From assembly GCA_051546255.1 (NCBI GenBank), contig CP128820.1, positions 434,001 to 498,000 on the forward strand: a DNA stretch of 64,000 bases, written 5' to 3'. Below, piece by piece: positions 53,440 through 63,794 of the stretch (position 1 is the stretch's first letter; each line of letters starts with the position of its first letter). Under the pieces are notes generated by a model. That model was not told the DNA's origin, searched no databases, and saw only the letters and a program-made list of their open reading frames with translations. Origin of the DNA: Meyerozyma guilliermondii (Eukaryota). The position numbers were made by a program, and so were the translations under genes.

Positions 53440-56400
53440 CTAGTCATCATCCACGAATCCACCCTGCTTGCAGAGAGCGTAGAAAAGGGAGTCTTTGTTC
53501 TTTAGTAAGCTTTGAGGAGAATCAAACTCAGCAACCGCACCATTTTCAAGAACAATGATTTTATCGGAGTCCAAGATTGTGTTCAATCTATGCGCAATGG
53601 TCAAAATCGTTCTGTCTTTGAATTCAGTTCGAATAGTTTCTTGCAATACTTGGTCGGTTTCAACGTCCACAGCGGCCGTTGCTTCATCCAAAATGAGAAC
53701 ATGCGAAGGCACCAACAATGCTCTGGCAAGACACATCAATTGTCTTTGACCAACCGACAAGTTCGAGCCACCTTCGCTGACCTTGACATCAAGAGCATTC
53801 TCGGCTTCGTCGTCTTCATTGCGTTCTTCGTACATCTTCATAACATGATCCTTCAAATGGGACAACTCCAAAGCTCTCCACAATTGGTCTTCGGTGAATC
53901 TATTGTTGGGATCAAGGTTCGAACGAATGTTACCCTCGAATACCTGAGAATCTTGAGGAATGATGGAAAGCTTGTGTCTCAAGTCAGCAAGGCCAATGGC
54001 ACTTGTATCGACTGCATCAATATTGATGTTACCTCCACTTGCCTCGATTATACGGAACAAAGCCAACGTCAAGGAAGACTTTCCAGCTCCAGTTCTTCCC
54101 ACAATACCGACCTTTTCATGGGGCTTGACAGAAAGATTAATGTTTTTCAACACCAAATCAAGCTCAGGTCTGTAGCGAGTAGAGTAGTTCTTGAAGGTGA
54201 TCTCACCTTGCAGTGGCCACAGAGTAGGTGGTCTGTGACTCTCAATGACTTCTGGTGCCTCGGGAGTCAATCTGGAGTACTCCAAGATTCTCTCTACTGA
54301 GACAATGTTCGTCTCAACCTCAACAGTCATTCTAACAATCCAGTTGAGCGACTGAGTAACTTGCAAAGCATACGAGACTGAAAGACCCACCAAACCTGCT
54401 GTCAAGTGTCCCGATCTCAACGTCAAAATGGCCAAACCAGCAGCACTCAAGATGATGAACGAACCCAAGAACTCCAATCTTACAGCGAGCCATCTATTGG
54501 CATTGACTGCTGGATGATAAGCGCTCATGTTTTTGTCAATTCTGGACTGGTTCAAGAACTTGAATCTCAGAACTTGGTCGAAAGCACGAATAGTAGTTAC
54601 ACCATTCAAGGATTCTTGGAAGTTGGCAAAGATAGGCGATCTTGACACCGAATCCAACCGTCTCAACTCACGAGAAGTTCTCAAGTAGTACTGTTGGTAG
54701 TACACATATAAGACTCCAAGTGGGGCCACGATGAAGATGAATTGCCATGTCAGGAAACAGATGACGATGATGGTGAAAATGACCTTGGTAGTGTTACTGA
54801 AAAACATGCCGAACACTCGTCCCAACACCTCGTCCACTTTATAGATATCGTTGGAAAATCTGTTCAAGATTCTTCCTATAGGAGTTGTCTCGAAAAATGA
54901 CATAGGAGCCCGAAGGACACTAACTGCCATAGCGTTATGAAGTTTCTTTGACCCACTAATAGTACAGAAAATCCACATCACACAAGTTTGCACCAAGATC
55001 AACAAGGAAGAAGCCATTCCTAACAAAAAGTAAATTCCCAAATACTTGGTAATATTGGGGTTGAAACCATACTTTGTGTTAACTTCAGACCAATGCTTCA
55101 ACCAAACATTCGAGCACACACTGACAACCATAGAAAGTACTGTGGTAACCAAGAAAAGAACAACACTGGAAGGATTACAAGCTTTGGCGTACTCTAAGTA
55201 GACATCCCACTTGACCTTGCCCTGCTCCAAGTGCTCTCTACGAGCTTTAGCATCGTCACTTTGCTCGGTTTCAGCTATAACTCTGGCCTCGTCAGCTGCA
55301 AAAGAAGCATCTGATGCTCTTCTGAGACTTGCTACGTCGATATCGCAGTCTGAATCCAAGTTTTCAACAACAGACTTGGTCTCTGCTTCTTTGTCGCTAG
55401 GAGGTGTCGATGAACCCTCACGTTTCTTACCAAAGTCGGTGATCAATTGGCGAAGTAAACCTTCTTCCTGCTTCATCACATCTTCGTAGGTACCTTGCTC
55501 AACCAAACGACCATCACTAATCATGTGCAAGTTGTCTGCTACACTCAAAACACCTATATTGTTAGTAGCCAAGATTCTGCACTTGGTTTTAAGCAAACCC
55601 AGTGGACCCAAAACGTGATCTATCAAGTGCTTTCCAACATGTTCGTCCACCGCACTCAATGGATCATCAAAAAGGTACACATCAGCACGGGCATAAACCG
55701 CTCTAGCGAGAGATAAACGAGCTTTCTGACCTCCAGAAAGCGAGATTCCTTTTTCTCCAACCTCGGTCTTGTCTCCTTTGGGAAGAATTTTCAAGTCAAT
55801 GTTCAAAGCACAAGCTTTTATGACATGATCATAGAACTCAGCATCGTATTTGTGACCAAAGATAATGTTATCCTTGACTGTTCCGTTCATGATCCATGGA
55901 ACTTGTGGGGCATAAGCCACCTTACCATGAACTCTCACTTCACCATCCAATTTATAGAGGTCTCCCAATATAGATTGCAAAAGAGAAGACTTACCAGATC
56001 CAACTTTCCCCACAATACAGTCCAAATCTCCCTTCTTACTTTCAATATTGATATTGGACAATGCAACCTTGTAGTTTTCCGTGCCCTTGGCCTTGGACCA
56101 CAAGAAAGTTCCATTTTTGATTGCAACTGCAACTTCTCCCACCTTAGTGGCACGAGAACACTTGATTACCGCTTCACGCTGCAACTCGGGCGAGCTCAAG
56201 AACTTGGTCAATCTTGAAACGGCCACTTGGGCTTCCACAATGTTAGTGATCACGTTGGGAATCACCGCCAAAGGAAAAGAAAGCAAGTTGAAAAGCGACA
56301 AGGCAGGGAAAACGATATCAGTCAGAAGTGCTTCATCTGGGTGGGTGTAGACATATACCGCAAAAGTAGAGCACGAGACCATGAATGGGGCGAAAGTCCA

Positions 56401-58041
56401 GGTACAGATAGAAACAGCACTGAAGATACCCATCCGTTTCAAGTTTTTGAGTTCCTTTTCGTTTCTGACAAAATTGAGACGATCGAGATAGGGCTTTTCC
56501 CATCCGTACAACTTCAAAGATTTGATATTGTTCATGATTTCGCTTATCAATCTGGATCTTTCGTCCTTGTTCTTCATTTGAGTTCTTTGCAACTTCTTTT
56601 GGTATCTAGCAATGACTCCATTAAGTGGGATCATGATTAACATGATACACACTCCGGCCCACATCGAGTTTCCGAGAAGATTGTACAACGAGACCAAACA
56701 CAAAATAATCTGGAAAGGTCCCGACCAAATGATTTGAATGTTTTGGGTCAAATCTTGCAATCTCTGGACATCGACAGACATGAGGTTGACGATATCACCG
56801 GTGGTAGAGGCTTGCTTTGTTTCATTCGACAACACCAATGATTTGTTGTAGATGACACTAGTCAAAGACGACTTGAACTTCATTCCCATATCGAAAGCAC
56901 GCTCGAAATACTGGTGCAAACAAGTAGTTTGACCCACAGAAACAATGAACATCGAGCCAGCGATCATGAGACCTCTGGTGAGAGGAATTGGCTTGCCCGC
57001 TTTTAGGGACTCAGAGTACTCGTTGACAAACTTGATGAGCAATCTCAAGAGCTGAGGCTGGATGAAAGCAGCACAATCTTGAAGACCCTTGAACAAACCA
57101 CCGAGGAGAAAGTCCGCTCCAAAAGACTTGGAAAGAGCGCTGACGAGAGACTTGTTTCCGCGCTGGTTTTCCCAGTTGTGGAGGAACAGCTGAGAGGTGG
57201 TGCTCGACTTTAAGAAGTTGGGCAATGGTGGAAGGTCGTATTCGGTCAAGTATTGAACGTAACCCTTTTTCATCAACGGAGCCATCCAGGTGAAAGTTAT
57301 ACGAGAGAACAAGTTGGCTCTTTCATGGGGAGAACGGCTTTTCTGCGATGGGTCGAGCGGTTCCATTGGAAACAGCATTTCGATCGCCAAAATCAAAAAG
57401 GCTGTTACCAAGAACAAGATTGAAAAAACAGCATAATTTGTGTCCAACTGGTGCCTCAAGTTGAGGTTGATGACCTTTCCAAGCCCGAAAATGACCTCGA
57501 GCAACCAGTATGAGAGAAGAACTCCGCTAGGAATGATAGACTTAAATTGCTCGATGTAATGAAGTCCAAGGGCCACAATTGTCGCCACAAAATTGACAAT
57601 TACCGACGTCCGGATGATCCCAGACTCCGTATACGCCACCGCCTGGGCAGCAGCAAGCACTACCAGCACCGCCACGAGCACCAACTTGGTGTAAAACGGC
57701 CATCCCACTCGATTGGCAATTGACGATTTGGTGGTGCGAAGCGATTGGATTTGCCAGGCACCACAAACCACCATAAACAAAGCCGCGGCTCCCATCAAGG
57801 CACCCTGGAGAAAGCACGGAGTGATATCACTCAAAGTGGGCGAAACTGGACCCCAGCCATCGTTACAGGGGCAAGAAAGAAACAGGGAAGAAGCGGTGAA
57901 ATTTGCGGCTAAATTGGGGTGAGTTGCCAGCAGGTTCCGAGTGGTTTCCGAACTCAAGAACATCACCGGGAGCTGACTGAACAAATTCCAGCCCCCATGT
58001 AGATGTGTCGGGTCGTGGGAAGGAAATTCTATCTGCTCCAT
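53440..58041 (-). CDS. YCF1: Vacuolar glutathione-conjugate ABC transporter (ABCC/MRP)
   Basis: TMD0 plus two TMD/NBD modules; GKVGSGKS, LSGGQKAR, LRRASDAS regulatory motif, GRTGAGKS, LSVGQRQL. Start is ATG 58041 or 57963. Confidence 0.93.
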   Translation of the reverse strand: MEQIEFPSHDPTHLHGGWNLFSQLPVMFLSSETTRNLLATHPNLAANFTASSLFLSCPCNDGWGPVSPTLSDITPCFLQGALMGAAALFMVVCGAWQIQSLRTTKSSIANRVGWPFYTKLVLVAVLVVLAAAQAVAYTESGIIRTSVIVNFVATIVALGLHYIEQFKSIIPSGVLLSYWLLEVIFGLGKVINLNLRHQLDTNYAVFSILFLVTAFLILAIEMLFPMEPLDPSQKSRSPHERANLFSRITFTWMAPLMKKGYVQYLTEYDLPPLPNFLKSSTTSQLFLHNWENQRGNKSLVSALSKSFGADFLLGGLFKGLQDCAAFIQPQLLRLLIKFVNEYSESLKAGKPIPLTRGLMIAGSMFIVSVGQTTCLHQYFERAFDMGMKFKSSLTSVIYNKSLVLSNETKQASTTGDIVNLMSVDVQRLQDLTQNIQIIWSGPFQIILCLVSLYNLLGNSMWAGVCIMLIMIPLNGVIARYQKKLQRTQMKNKDERSRLISEIMNNIKSLKLYGWEKPYLDRLNFVRNEKELKNLKRMGIFSAVSICTWTFAPFMVSCSTFAVYVYTHPDEALLTDIVFPALSLFNLLSFPLAVIPNVITNIVEAQVAVSRLTKFLSSPELQREAVIKCSRATKVGEVAVAIKNGTFLWSKAKGTENYKVALSNINIESKKGDLDCIVGKVGSGKSSLLQSILGDLYKLDGEVRVHGKVAYAPQVPWIMNGTVKDNIIFGHKYDAEFYDHVIKACALNIDLKILPKGDKTEVGEKGISLSGGQKARLSLARAVYARADVYLFDDPLSAVDEHVGKHLIDHVLGPLGLLKTKCRILATNNIGVLSVADNLHMISDGRLVEQGTYEDVMKQEEGLLRQLITDFGKKREGSSTPPSDKEAETKSVVENLDSDCDIDVASLRRASDASFAADEARVIAETEQSDDAKARREHLEQGKVKWDVYLEYAKACNPSSVVLFLVTTVLSMVVSVCSNVWLKHWSEVNTKYGFNPNITKYLGIYFLLGMASSLLILVQTCVMWIFCTISGSKKLHNAMAVSVLRAPMSFFETTPIGRILNRFSNDIYKVDEVLGRVFGMFFSNTTKVIFTIIVICFLTWQFIFIVAPLGVLYVYYQQYYLRTSRELRRLDSVSRSPIFANFQESLNGVTTIRAFDQVLRFKFLNQSRIDKNMSAYHPAVNANRWLAVRLEFLGSFIILSAAGLAILTLRSGHLTAGLVGLSVSYALQVTQSLNWIVRMTVEVETNIVSVERILEYSRLTPEAPEVIESHRPPTLWPLQGEITFKNYSTRYRPELDLVLKNINLSVKPHEKVGIVGRTGAGKSSLTLALFRIIEASGGNINIDAVDTSAIGLADLRHKLSIIPQDSQVFEGNIRSNLDPNNRFTEDQLWRALELSHLKDHVMKMYEERNEDDEAENALDVKVSEGGSNLSVGQRQLMCLARALLVPSHVLILDEATAAVDVETDQVLQETIRTEFKDRTILTIAHRLNTILDSDKIIVLENGAVAEFDSPQSLLKNKDSLFYALCKQGGFVDDD

Positions 58042-58086
58042 TAATGGGTTTGGAGAGTGCGGCACCGGGTCTTATATACTTTTAGT

Positions 58087-58096
58087 GCTGAGTAAT
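58087..58096. promoter_or_regulatory. Yap1/Cap1-type response element (TTACTCA on the minus strand) in the YCF1 promoter
   Basis: gctgagtaat next to a TATA-like tatata at about 58073. YCF1 is an established Yap1/Cap1 target in yeasts. Confidence 0.55.
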
Positions 58097-58157
58097 GGTG
58101 TATTGGAGGCGTCTATCTAAAAATTCGCAGCCCCAATGGGTGCAAAATATCCACTGC

Positions 58158-60392
58158 CTACTTGAAGAATTTTTTCAACTTGGACTTTTTCTTGTCTTTT
58201 TGCTCGGGTTCCTGTTGCCTGCTCAAGCGGGTTTGGTAATGCGAAGGAAGATTGGTGGAAGGTTGGTTGTTGGTGTTGGGAGAAGCATTGACGGACAAAC
58301 CTGCCATATTGGACATCTGACTAGGGTTTACCTGCGGCACTACGGGAGCCTTGGGCACCTCGAAAAGATGTAAGGGTGCTTCTGAGGGCCGCTGCAACTT
58401 GTGGTAGAGCGGAATGTCCAAATCGGGAATTTTTTTGGCTTTGTCGACGGACTGAAGTCCGATGAGAAAATCACGAGGTTTCAAGATCACTTCAGATCCC
58501 ACAAAAAAGTCTTTATTGGTAGCCTCCGTCAACTCGTACATCAGGCGCACTTCCGAGTACGTTATGCCGCCCGCAACATAACAGAAAATGCGTTGTTTGG
58601 GACGATTTTGCTGCCCCAGCTTGGCGGAGTGTTGCGCCCACGACGCTTTTATCCGAGGATTTCTCAACGAATTCGACCCTGGAGCCGCCGAAGATGAGCC
58701 GGTGGCATCGGCAGGCAAGTCCTCGTCCAATGGTTTGTCGCGGAAGTAAGGAAACCAGGTTTCGTCCAATTGGTATTTTGCAGCTTTTTGAAGAACCGCT
58801 TTCAAACCAGGTCCAAACCGCGATGTGTTGTAGGTGCCCTCGTTGTTGATGGTGTGGAAGTGCTCCTTCACCACCCGTTTTTGTTTGACGTCCAGTTTGA
58901 CGATGGGAAACCCGAGTTTTTGCATGTTGGTGAAACATCGCTGCACAAGCGACACCATTTGCCGGTCCTTAACGCCAATAAATTTGGCTAGCTTGATAAA
59001 GTCGGACTCCACGAGCCCGCCGCGGTACAATGCGTAGATCAAAACCAACCTCATTTTGTCGTTGACGTGCAAATCGCTTCGGGCGAGAAGCACAACCAAA
59101 TCTTCATGGAGAGTCTTATTCTTGACACCCTCGAAACTGGTGCCTCCGGCAGCACAAGTTTGTTCGAAATCTGCTGCAAATTCGGCGAGTTTTCGGTCGG
59201 AATTGCGGTCGAGACACTCGTCTATGAGTTTCTTGTGAAGAGTGATTTGACGTCTTTCTTTGTCGAATCCCTTCAAATGTGCAACCACCCACATCAAATC
59301 CAGCGACGTGGTGGCCTTCAGACGGTCCACCATCATGGGATTGTTCCGTATCAAGTCATTGATTTTGGTGATGATGAGTTCCGAGCTTTCAATGATATGC
59401 GTATGACGCAAACTGACCCAGTCCTCGTCTTCCTCATCGTCCAAGCGAGCCTCGAGATCTACCACGTCGCCGTTTTCGTTCTCGGTAGTATACTTGTAAA
59501 CTCCTTCTCGTTCCAAGCTGGGAACGATATCCATGGCCATTGCCTGGTAGCTGAACTCGTGCAAAAGCGGAGCATAGAGGTCCATTGTTCTGTCTGTGAT
59601 GAGCAAAATCGACCGCGGCTTGTCCTGGTTTTCTACAGGTGGATAGTCGTGGTGTTCCCTTGCATAGTCGTCGATTTGACGTTGAACCTCATCGGCGAGC
59701 AATTCGGGAAGCCGAGCAGCGACATGAGTAGCGTCCTGAGGACAGAAAAAACGGATAAGCGGGTACTCGCCGGTGATCACCAAGAGGTTCACAAGGGTAC
59801 GGGCGGCAATTCTGATTTGTGGGAGCACTAATTCGGCACAATTGTCGTTGTAGTAGATGGCCATAGAATTTGGAGTTGAAGAATCTGCCAAAAAAACTCG
59901 AGATTCTACCGGATAGAGGGTGGCAGGCACGGTGTGCATGTTGTTCCCGCCGCCAAAGTAGTCATACACCTTTGGGTTCTGGATAAATTTGGACGAATTG
60001 TACACGTACAGTGCCTCGGTGTCGGTGGGCAGCAACGGCAAGAACATTCCATGGCCTCCCTTGTACCGTTTGACCTGGACGTCGGCTATCATACAGTTGA
60101 TGTTGTAGGCGGAGAGTTCCACGAAATAAATGGCTTCGAGAAACGTTTGGGTCCTTCTTTTGTTGTCGATTTTGTCGACGCTCGTCACCACCCGCAAGAG
60201 TTTTTCTTTAGGAAGAATTCGATTTAAAAGCGATTCGGTGGTATCATCGAGAATAAGGATGTAGAGCAGTCCAGGGGTCTGGATCTCGCGAAGATACCGA
60301 AGAATAAACTCCTTTTGGAGCCCTATAAGAGACATGGAATCGCAGTTGATTTTCGCGAGCGTTGCTGAAAATGTATCTTGGTGCGACGGCAT
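58158..60392 (-). CDS. SEC1: Sec1/Munc18 family exocytic SM protein
   Basis: DRTMDLYAPLLHEFSYQAMAMD, WVSLRHTHI, LAEFAADFEQ, TSRFGP, RIFCYVAGGITYSE. Start is 60392 or 60335. Confidence 0.93.
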   Translation of the reverse strand: MPSHQDTFSATLAKINCDSMSLIGLQKEFILRYLREIQTPGLLYILILDDTTESLLNRILPKEKLLRVVTSVDKIDNKRRTQTFLEAIYFVELSAYNINCMIADVQVKRYKGGHGMFLPLLPTDTEALYVYNSSKFIQNPKVYDYFGGGNNMHTVPATLYPVESRVFLADSSTPNSMAIYYNDNCAELVLPQIRIAARTLVNLLVITGEYPLIRFFCPQDATHVAARLPELLADEVQRQIDDYAREHHDYPPVENQDKPRSILLITDRTMDLYAPLLHEFSYQAMAMDIVPSLEREGVYKYTTENENGDVVDLEARLDDEEDEDWVSLRHTHIIESSELIITKINDLIRNNPMMVDRLKATTSLDLMWVVAHLKGFDKERRQITLHKKLIDECLDRNSDRKLAEFAADFEQTCAAGGTSFEGVKNKTLHEDLVVLLARSDLHVNDKMRLVLIYALYRGGLVESDFIKLAKFIGVKDRQMVSLVQRCFTNMQKLGFPIVKLDVKQKRVVKEHFHTINNEGTYNTSRFGPGLKAVLQKAAKYQLDETWFPYFRDKPLDEDLPADATGSSSAAPGSNSLRNPRIKASWAQHSAKLGQQNRPKQRIFCYVAGGITYSEVRLMYELTEATNKDFFVGSEVILKPRDFLIGLQSVDKAKKIPDLDIPLYHKLQRPSEAPLHLFEVPKAPVVPQVNPSQMSNMAGLSVNASPNTNNQPSTNLPSHYQTRLSRQQEPEQKDKKKSKLKKFFK

Positions 60393-60958
60393 GGAGAGGG
60401 GCAGCAGGACAAGTTTGGAGGTGGTGGGAGAAAACGGCTAAAAGTTGGAATTGGCGCTAATACCGCTTGTCCGAGTGCATTGACAAAAAGTTGGCCGATT
60501 TTCTTGGCTTTTGGCCGTTTTGGATCTGCTTTATCTCCCCACATGAATATAGTCAATGCCTGGTTTTGGCAGGTGCAGGGCTCATAATAAAGGAAGAAAT
60601 AAAAGTGAAAAAAAGTGAAAGAAAATAATATAGAGAAAGTCAAAAAAAAGTAATACCAATATACAATTGGTAGAATCATATGGTGTAAGGTTATTGTAAT
60701 CACCAATTTCATGATAATCACAATTGACCATTCTGACTTCCTACTTCCAATATCTTTGATTTGCACCCAGACACCACATACCCGCGTCTCTGTCTATACG
60801 ATTTCGTTCTAATGCCAAGGTAGTTCTCGTTCATTGACAATTCCTCGTTTTCCAACCTTTTTCCACATTATCCACACCCGCCACTCTAGGCAGTATAGCA
60901 GGATCAAACCAAAACATTACTAAAGTCCCCTTTATTCACAAATTAGTTCCCATTCACA

Positions 60959-62038
60959 ATGAACCCGACTCAGGAAGCCGCCCTATATATAGGCGGATGG
61001 TACCTATTTTCGCTTTCTATATCGATCTACAACAAGTGGATGTTCGGGGCAGGTCTTAATTTTGAATATCCCATATTTATCACGGCATTCCATCAGTTTT
61101 GTCTTTTTCTACTCGCATCGTTGGTTCTCTATATCAAGCCCAAATTGCGACCCACGGTGGCTGCACTGGTGGCTCAAGAAACAGGGACCACCCCCGGTCC
61201 CAGCTCAGCTCAGGCAATGCCGTCAGCACTGCTAATCACACTTTTCAGCATCGGACCAGCTCTTTACGCTTCCCAAATTCTTCCCTGTTCACTCGCTCTG
61301 GCGGGAGATATTGGACTATCCAACGTCTCGTTCAAGTTTATCTCATTATCGCTCTACACTATGCTCAAGACATCGTCGCTAGTGTTTGTGCTTTTGTTTG
61401 GGCTTCTTTTCCGGCTTGAAAAATTCCATATCCGGCTCGTGCTCATCGTAGTAGTGATGTCGGGGTCGGTGATGATGATGGTGAAAAAACCACCCACTGC
61501 CTCAGATCAAAACTACAACCCGTTGGGAATCTTGATGGTTCTCGCAGCAGCAATGATGTCTGGATTGAGATGGGCATTTACCCAGCTTCTTCTCAAACAT
61601 AACGAGTACACCAGAAATTCAATTTCGACGATTTTTTTTGTGTCGCCAGCTATGTGTGGTGCTCTTCTCGTGTTCGGGTTTCTAATTGAAGGCTGGTCCA
61701 ACTTCACCCAGTCGCAAATATGGGACGATAAAGGCGTGGCTACCACTATAATGTTGATGATTTTTCCTGGCTTTCTTGCATTCATGATGACTCTCTGTGA
61801 ATTCAAACTCCTCACAGTGGCCCAAGTTATAACCTTGTCCATCGCCGGCATCGGTAAAGAAGTGTTGACGATTGCACTCAGCTCAGTAATATTTGGTGAT
61901 ACTTTAAGTTTGATCAATTGCTTGGGACTTGTGCTTACATTTGTAACCATTCTTTGGTACAACTACTTCCGATACCATGAGAACCACAACGAGTACACCA
62001 AGCTAGAAACCGACGAGGTCGAGTTGCGTAAATTGTAA
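60959..62038 (+). CDS. YMD8: Nucleotide-sugar transporter-like protein (TPT/SLC35C2; Ymd8-like)
   Basis: YIGGWYLFSLSISIYNKWMF, DIGLSNVSF, SLYTMLKTSSL.FVL.FG..FRLE, SGLRWAFTQLLL, TLSIAGI.KE. Confidence 0.8.
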   Translation: MNPTQEAALYIGGWYLFSLSISIYNKWMFGAGLNFEYPIFITAFHQFCLFLLASLVLYIKPKLRPTVAALVAQETGTTPGPSSAQAMPSALLITLFSIGPALYASQILPCSLALAGDIGLSNVSFKFISLSLYTMLKTSSLVFVLLFGLLFRLEKFHIRLVLIVVVMSGSVMMMVKKPPTASDQNYNPLGILMVLAAAMMSGLRWAFTQLLLKHNEYTRNSISTIFFVSPAMCGALLVFGFLIEGWSNFTQSQIWDDKGVATTIMLMIFPGFLAFMMTLCEFKLLTVAQVITLSIAGIGKEVLTIALSSVIFGDTLSLINCLGLVLTFVTILWYNYFRYHENHNEYTKLETDEVELRKL

Positions 62039-62045
62039 TATAGGG

Positions 62046-63794
62046 CTATATGAGTATAAGCGTCATAATCACAACCCCTATGATTGTCATTATTATTTGG
62101 ATTTCTGTCTTCATGCTCCGAATCGTAACAAAAGTGTACTTCGAACTGCCACCACTCTTCATTTTCGCCGTCAGTTCGTCAGCAGCACTGGCTATAGCAC
62201 TGCTTCCTGTGAGTGGGGTCAAGAAGATTTGTCCCGACAGAATGACAGCGCCTGTAAATCGCTCGGGAATATCCTGGGCGCCGGTGTTGGCAGCACTATA
62301 AGTTAACGAGGTAGATGACTGGTTTTGGTGAGTAGCAAATGGAATTTTTCCACTTGAAATGCGGGAAATAGTCGATGCGGTGATGTTAGCCATGGTCTTG
62401 GTGGGAAAGTCGCTGACAGACTTGGATGTGGAGTAGTCGTCTTGCACGACATCGAGGCTATTAGCTTTGGCAATGGCTATACGGCCTCCGTCGTTATCGA
62501 GGGCCATATAAACATGGCGTAAAAATGTGATTCCAAGACTGGAATAGCCATGCTCTGAACTGGGCAACACCATCAAGTAGCAAGCTCGTTTCCCATTGGA
62601 AAAAGTCAAAAATGTATCTTGATAAGTTGCATTTGAAATCATTTCTTCCATAGGAATGTCTATTTCCAAATCGCCAAACGAGAACAACAACAGAGCGTTG
62701 GCTTCGTAGATCTTATCACATTCAACGATCCACTCGGCCACGTCATTGTTGTAGATGGCATCGAGCTGAATTGCCAAGTTAATAATAGAGTCCAAAGGAA
62801 GATAATTGTACAAAGTTCGAGACTCCATTAGCACCGGAACACTATCCAGCGCCGAGAAAAGCGAGATTTCCTCCTTGCTGTTCTCATTTCTTACTCTCAA
62901 ATCCGAGAGGAGAATCGTGGGGAGTTTGAGGCCCTGCAAAAGCTGGTCTGTATAGTCGTTGCTCTTACCTCCAGCATAGGGTATTATATCGAACGAGTAA
63001 AAGTCCCCTTCATAATAGTGTTGGTCCACAGCACCTAAAAGGAGCTCACAGAGTCCACCAGGTTCCTGCACTCCATTAAACCAAAGCGAGTAAGCCGAGG
63101 ATTTGATAATGCCTTGTTGAACGAGCGAGTCGAGAAATCCAGAACCTGTGGGATTCCCGGCCAACCCCAACCCCCCTACCCACATATTTGTGGAATCTAC
63201 GTTGACGAAGGAGAAGTCAGGAAGAGTCAACTTCTGGTTGCTTCCTAAAACAAATGAAATGTTTTCGGTTTCGAATTCTCCTTCAGCGTCGATGATGCTC
63301 AAGTTTGGAATGGTGTAAGTTTGGCCATTGGACAACCCGGGGATGGTTGGCGTGGGAATATCCAGCGACGGGGTGGTGTAGACTCCTCCTTGTGCGCACG
63401 CTGTGGCTGTATATAAAGGGTTTTCAGTGGCCAGGTCAGGAATGTTGGAGCCGTAAGATTCGAATTCTACCTGATAATACGAAAATACTTGGTCACAAGA
63501 ATAAAAATTCTCGTTCATCACCCATATTTCCGGCTGGGTCAAGTCTAATCGAAGTTGTAAGTTGTCGTCGCCAACGGTTACGTTGGTATTATAATAAACG
63601 TCATTGTATGGAATGGTAAAAATGAGTTTTGCAATGGATTTGTCTTCGTCAGTTTCTCTCAGAAACGACTGCAAGTCCACAGAAGGGAGGGTGGACACTG
63701 TAGTGGACGTGGAGGTTGTCAGGGACGAAATATCAGAGTCTTTTCTTGCTGCTATCGACACAACAAATGCCAAAAACGGAAGAATCCGGCGCAT
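62046..63794 (-). CDS. YPS7: Yapsin-family aspartyl protease-like protein (Yps7-like), GPI/membrane anchored, with degenerate catalytic motifs
   Basis: Signal peptide, LRLDLTQPEIWV, GGLGLAG, GIIKSSAYSLW, GAVDQHYYEG, VLMESRT...YLP, LGITFLRHVY.ALD, hydrophobic C-terminus. Confidence 0.8.
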   Translation of the reverse strand: MRRILPFLAFVVSIAARKDSDISSLTTSTSTTVSTLPSVDLQSFLRETDEDKSIAKLIFTIPYNDVYYNTNVTVGDDNLQLRLDLTQPEIWVMNENFYSCDQVFSYYQVEFESYGSNIPDLATENPLYTATACAQGGVYTTPSLDIPTPTIPGLSNGQTYTIPNLSIIDAEGEFETENISFVLGSNQKLTLPDFSFVNVDSTNMWVGGLGLAGNPTGSGFLDSLVQQGIIKSSAYSLWFNGVQEPGGLCELLLGAVDQHYYEGDFYSFDIIPYAGGKSNDYTDQLLQGLKLPTILLSDLRVRNENSKEEISLFSALDSVPVLMESRTLYNYLPLDSIINLAIQLDAIYNNDVAEWIVECDKIYEANALLLFSFGDLEIDIPMEEMISNATYQDTFLTFSNGKRACYLMVLPSSEHGYSSLGITFLRHVYMALDNDGGRIAIAKANSLDVVQDDYSTSKSVSDFPTKTMANITASTISRISSGKIPFATHQNQSSTSLTYSAANTGAQDIPERFTGAVILSGQIFLTPLTGSSAIASAADELTAKMKSGGSSKYTFVTIRSMKTEIQIIMTIIGVVIMTLILI

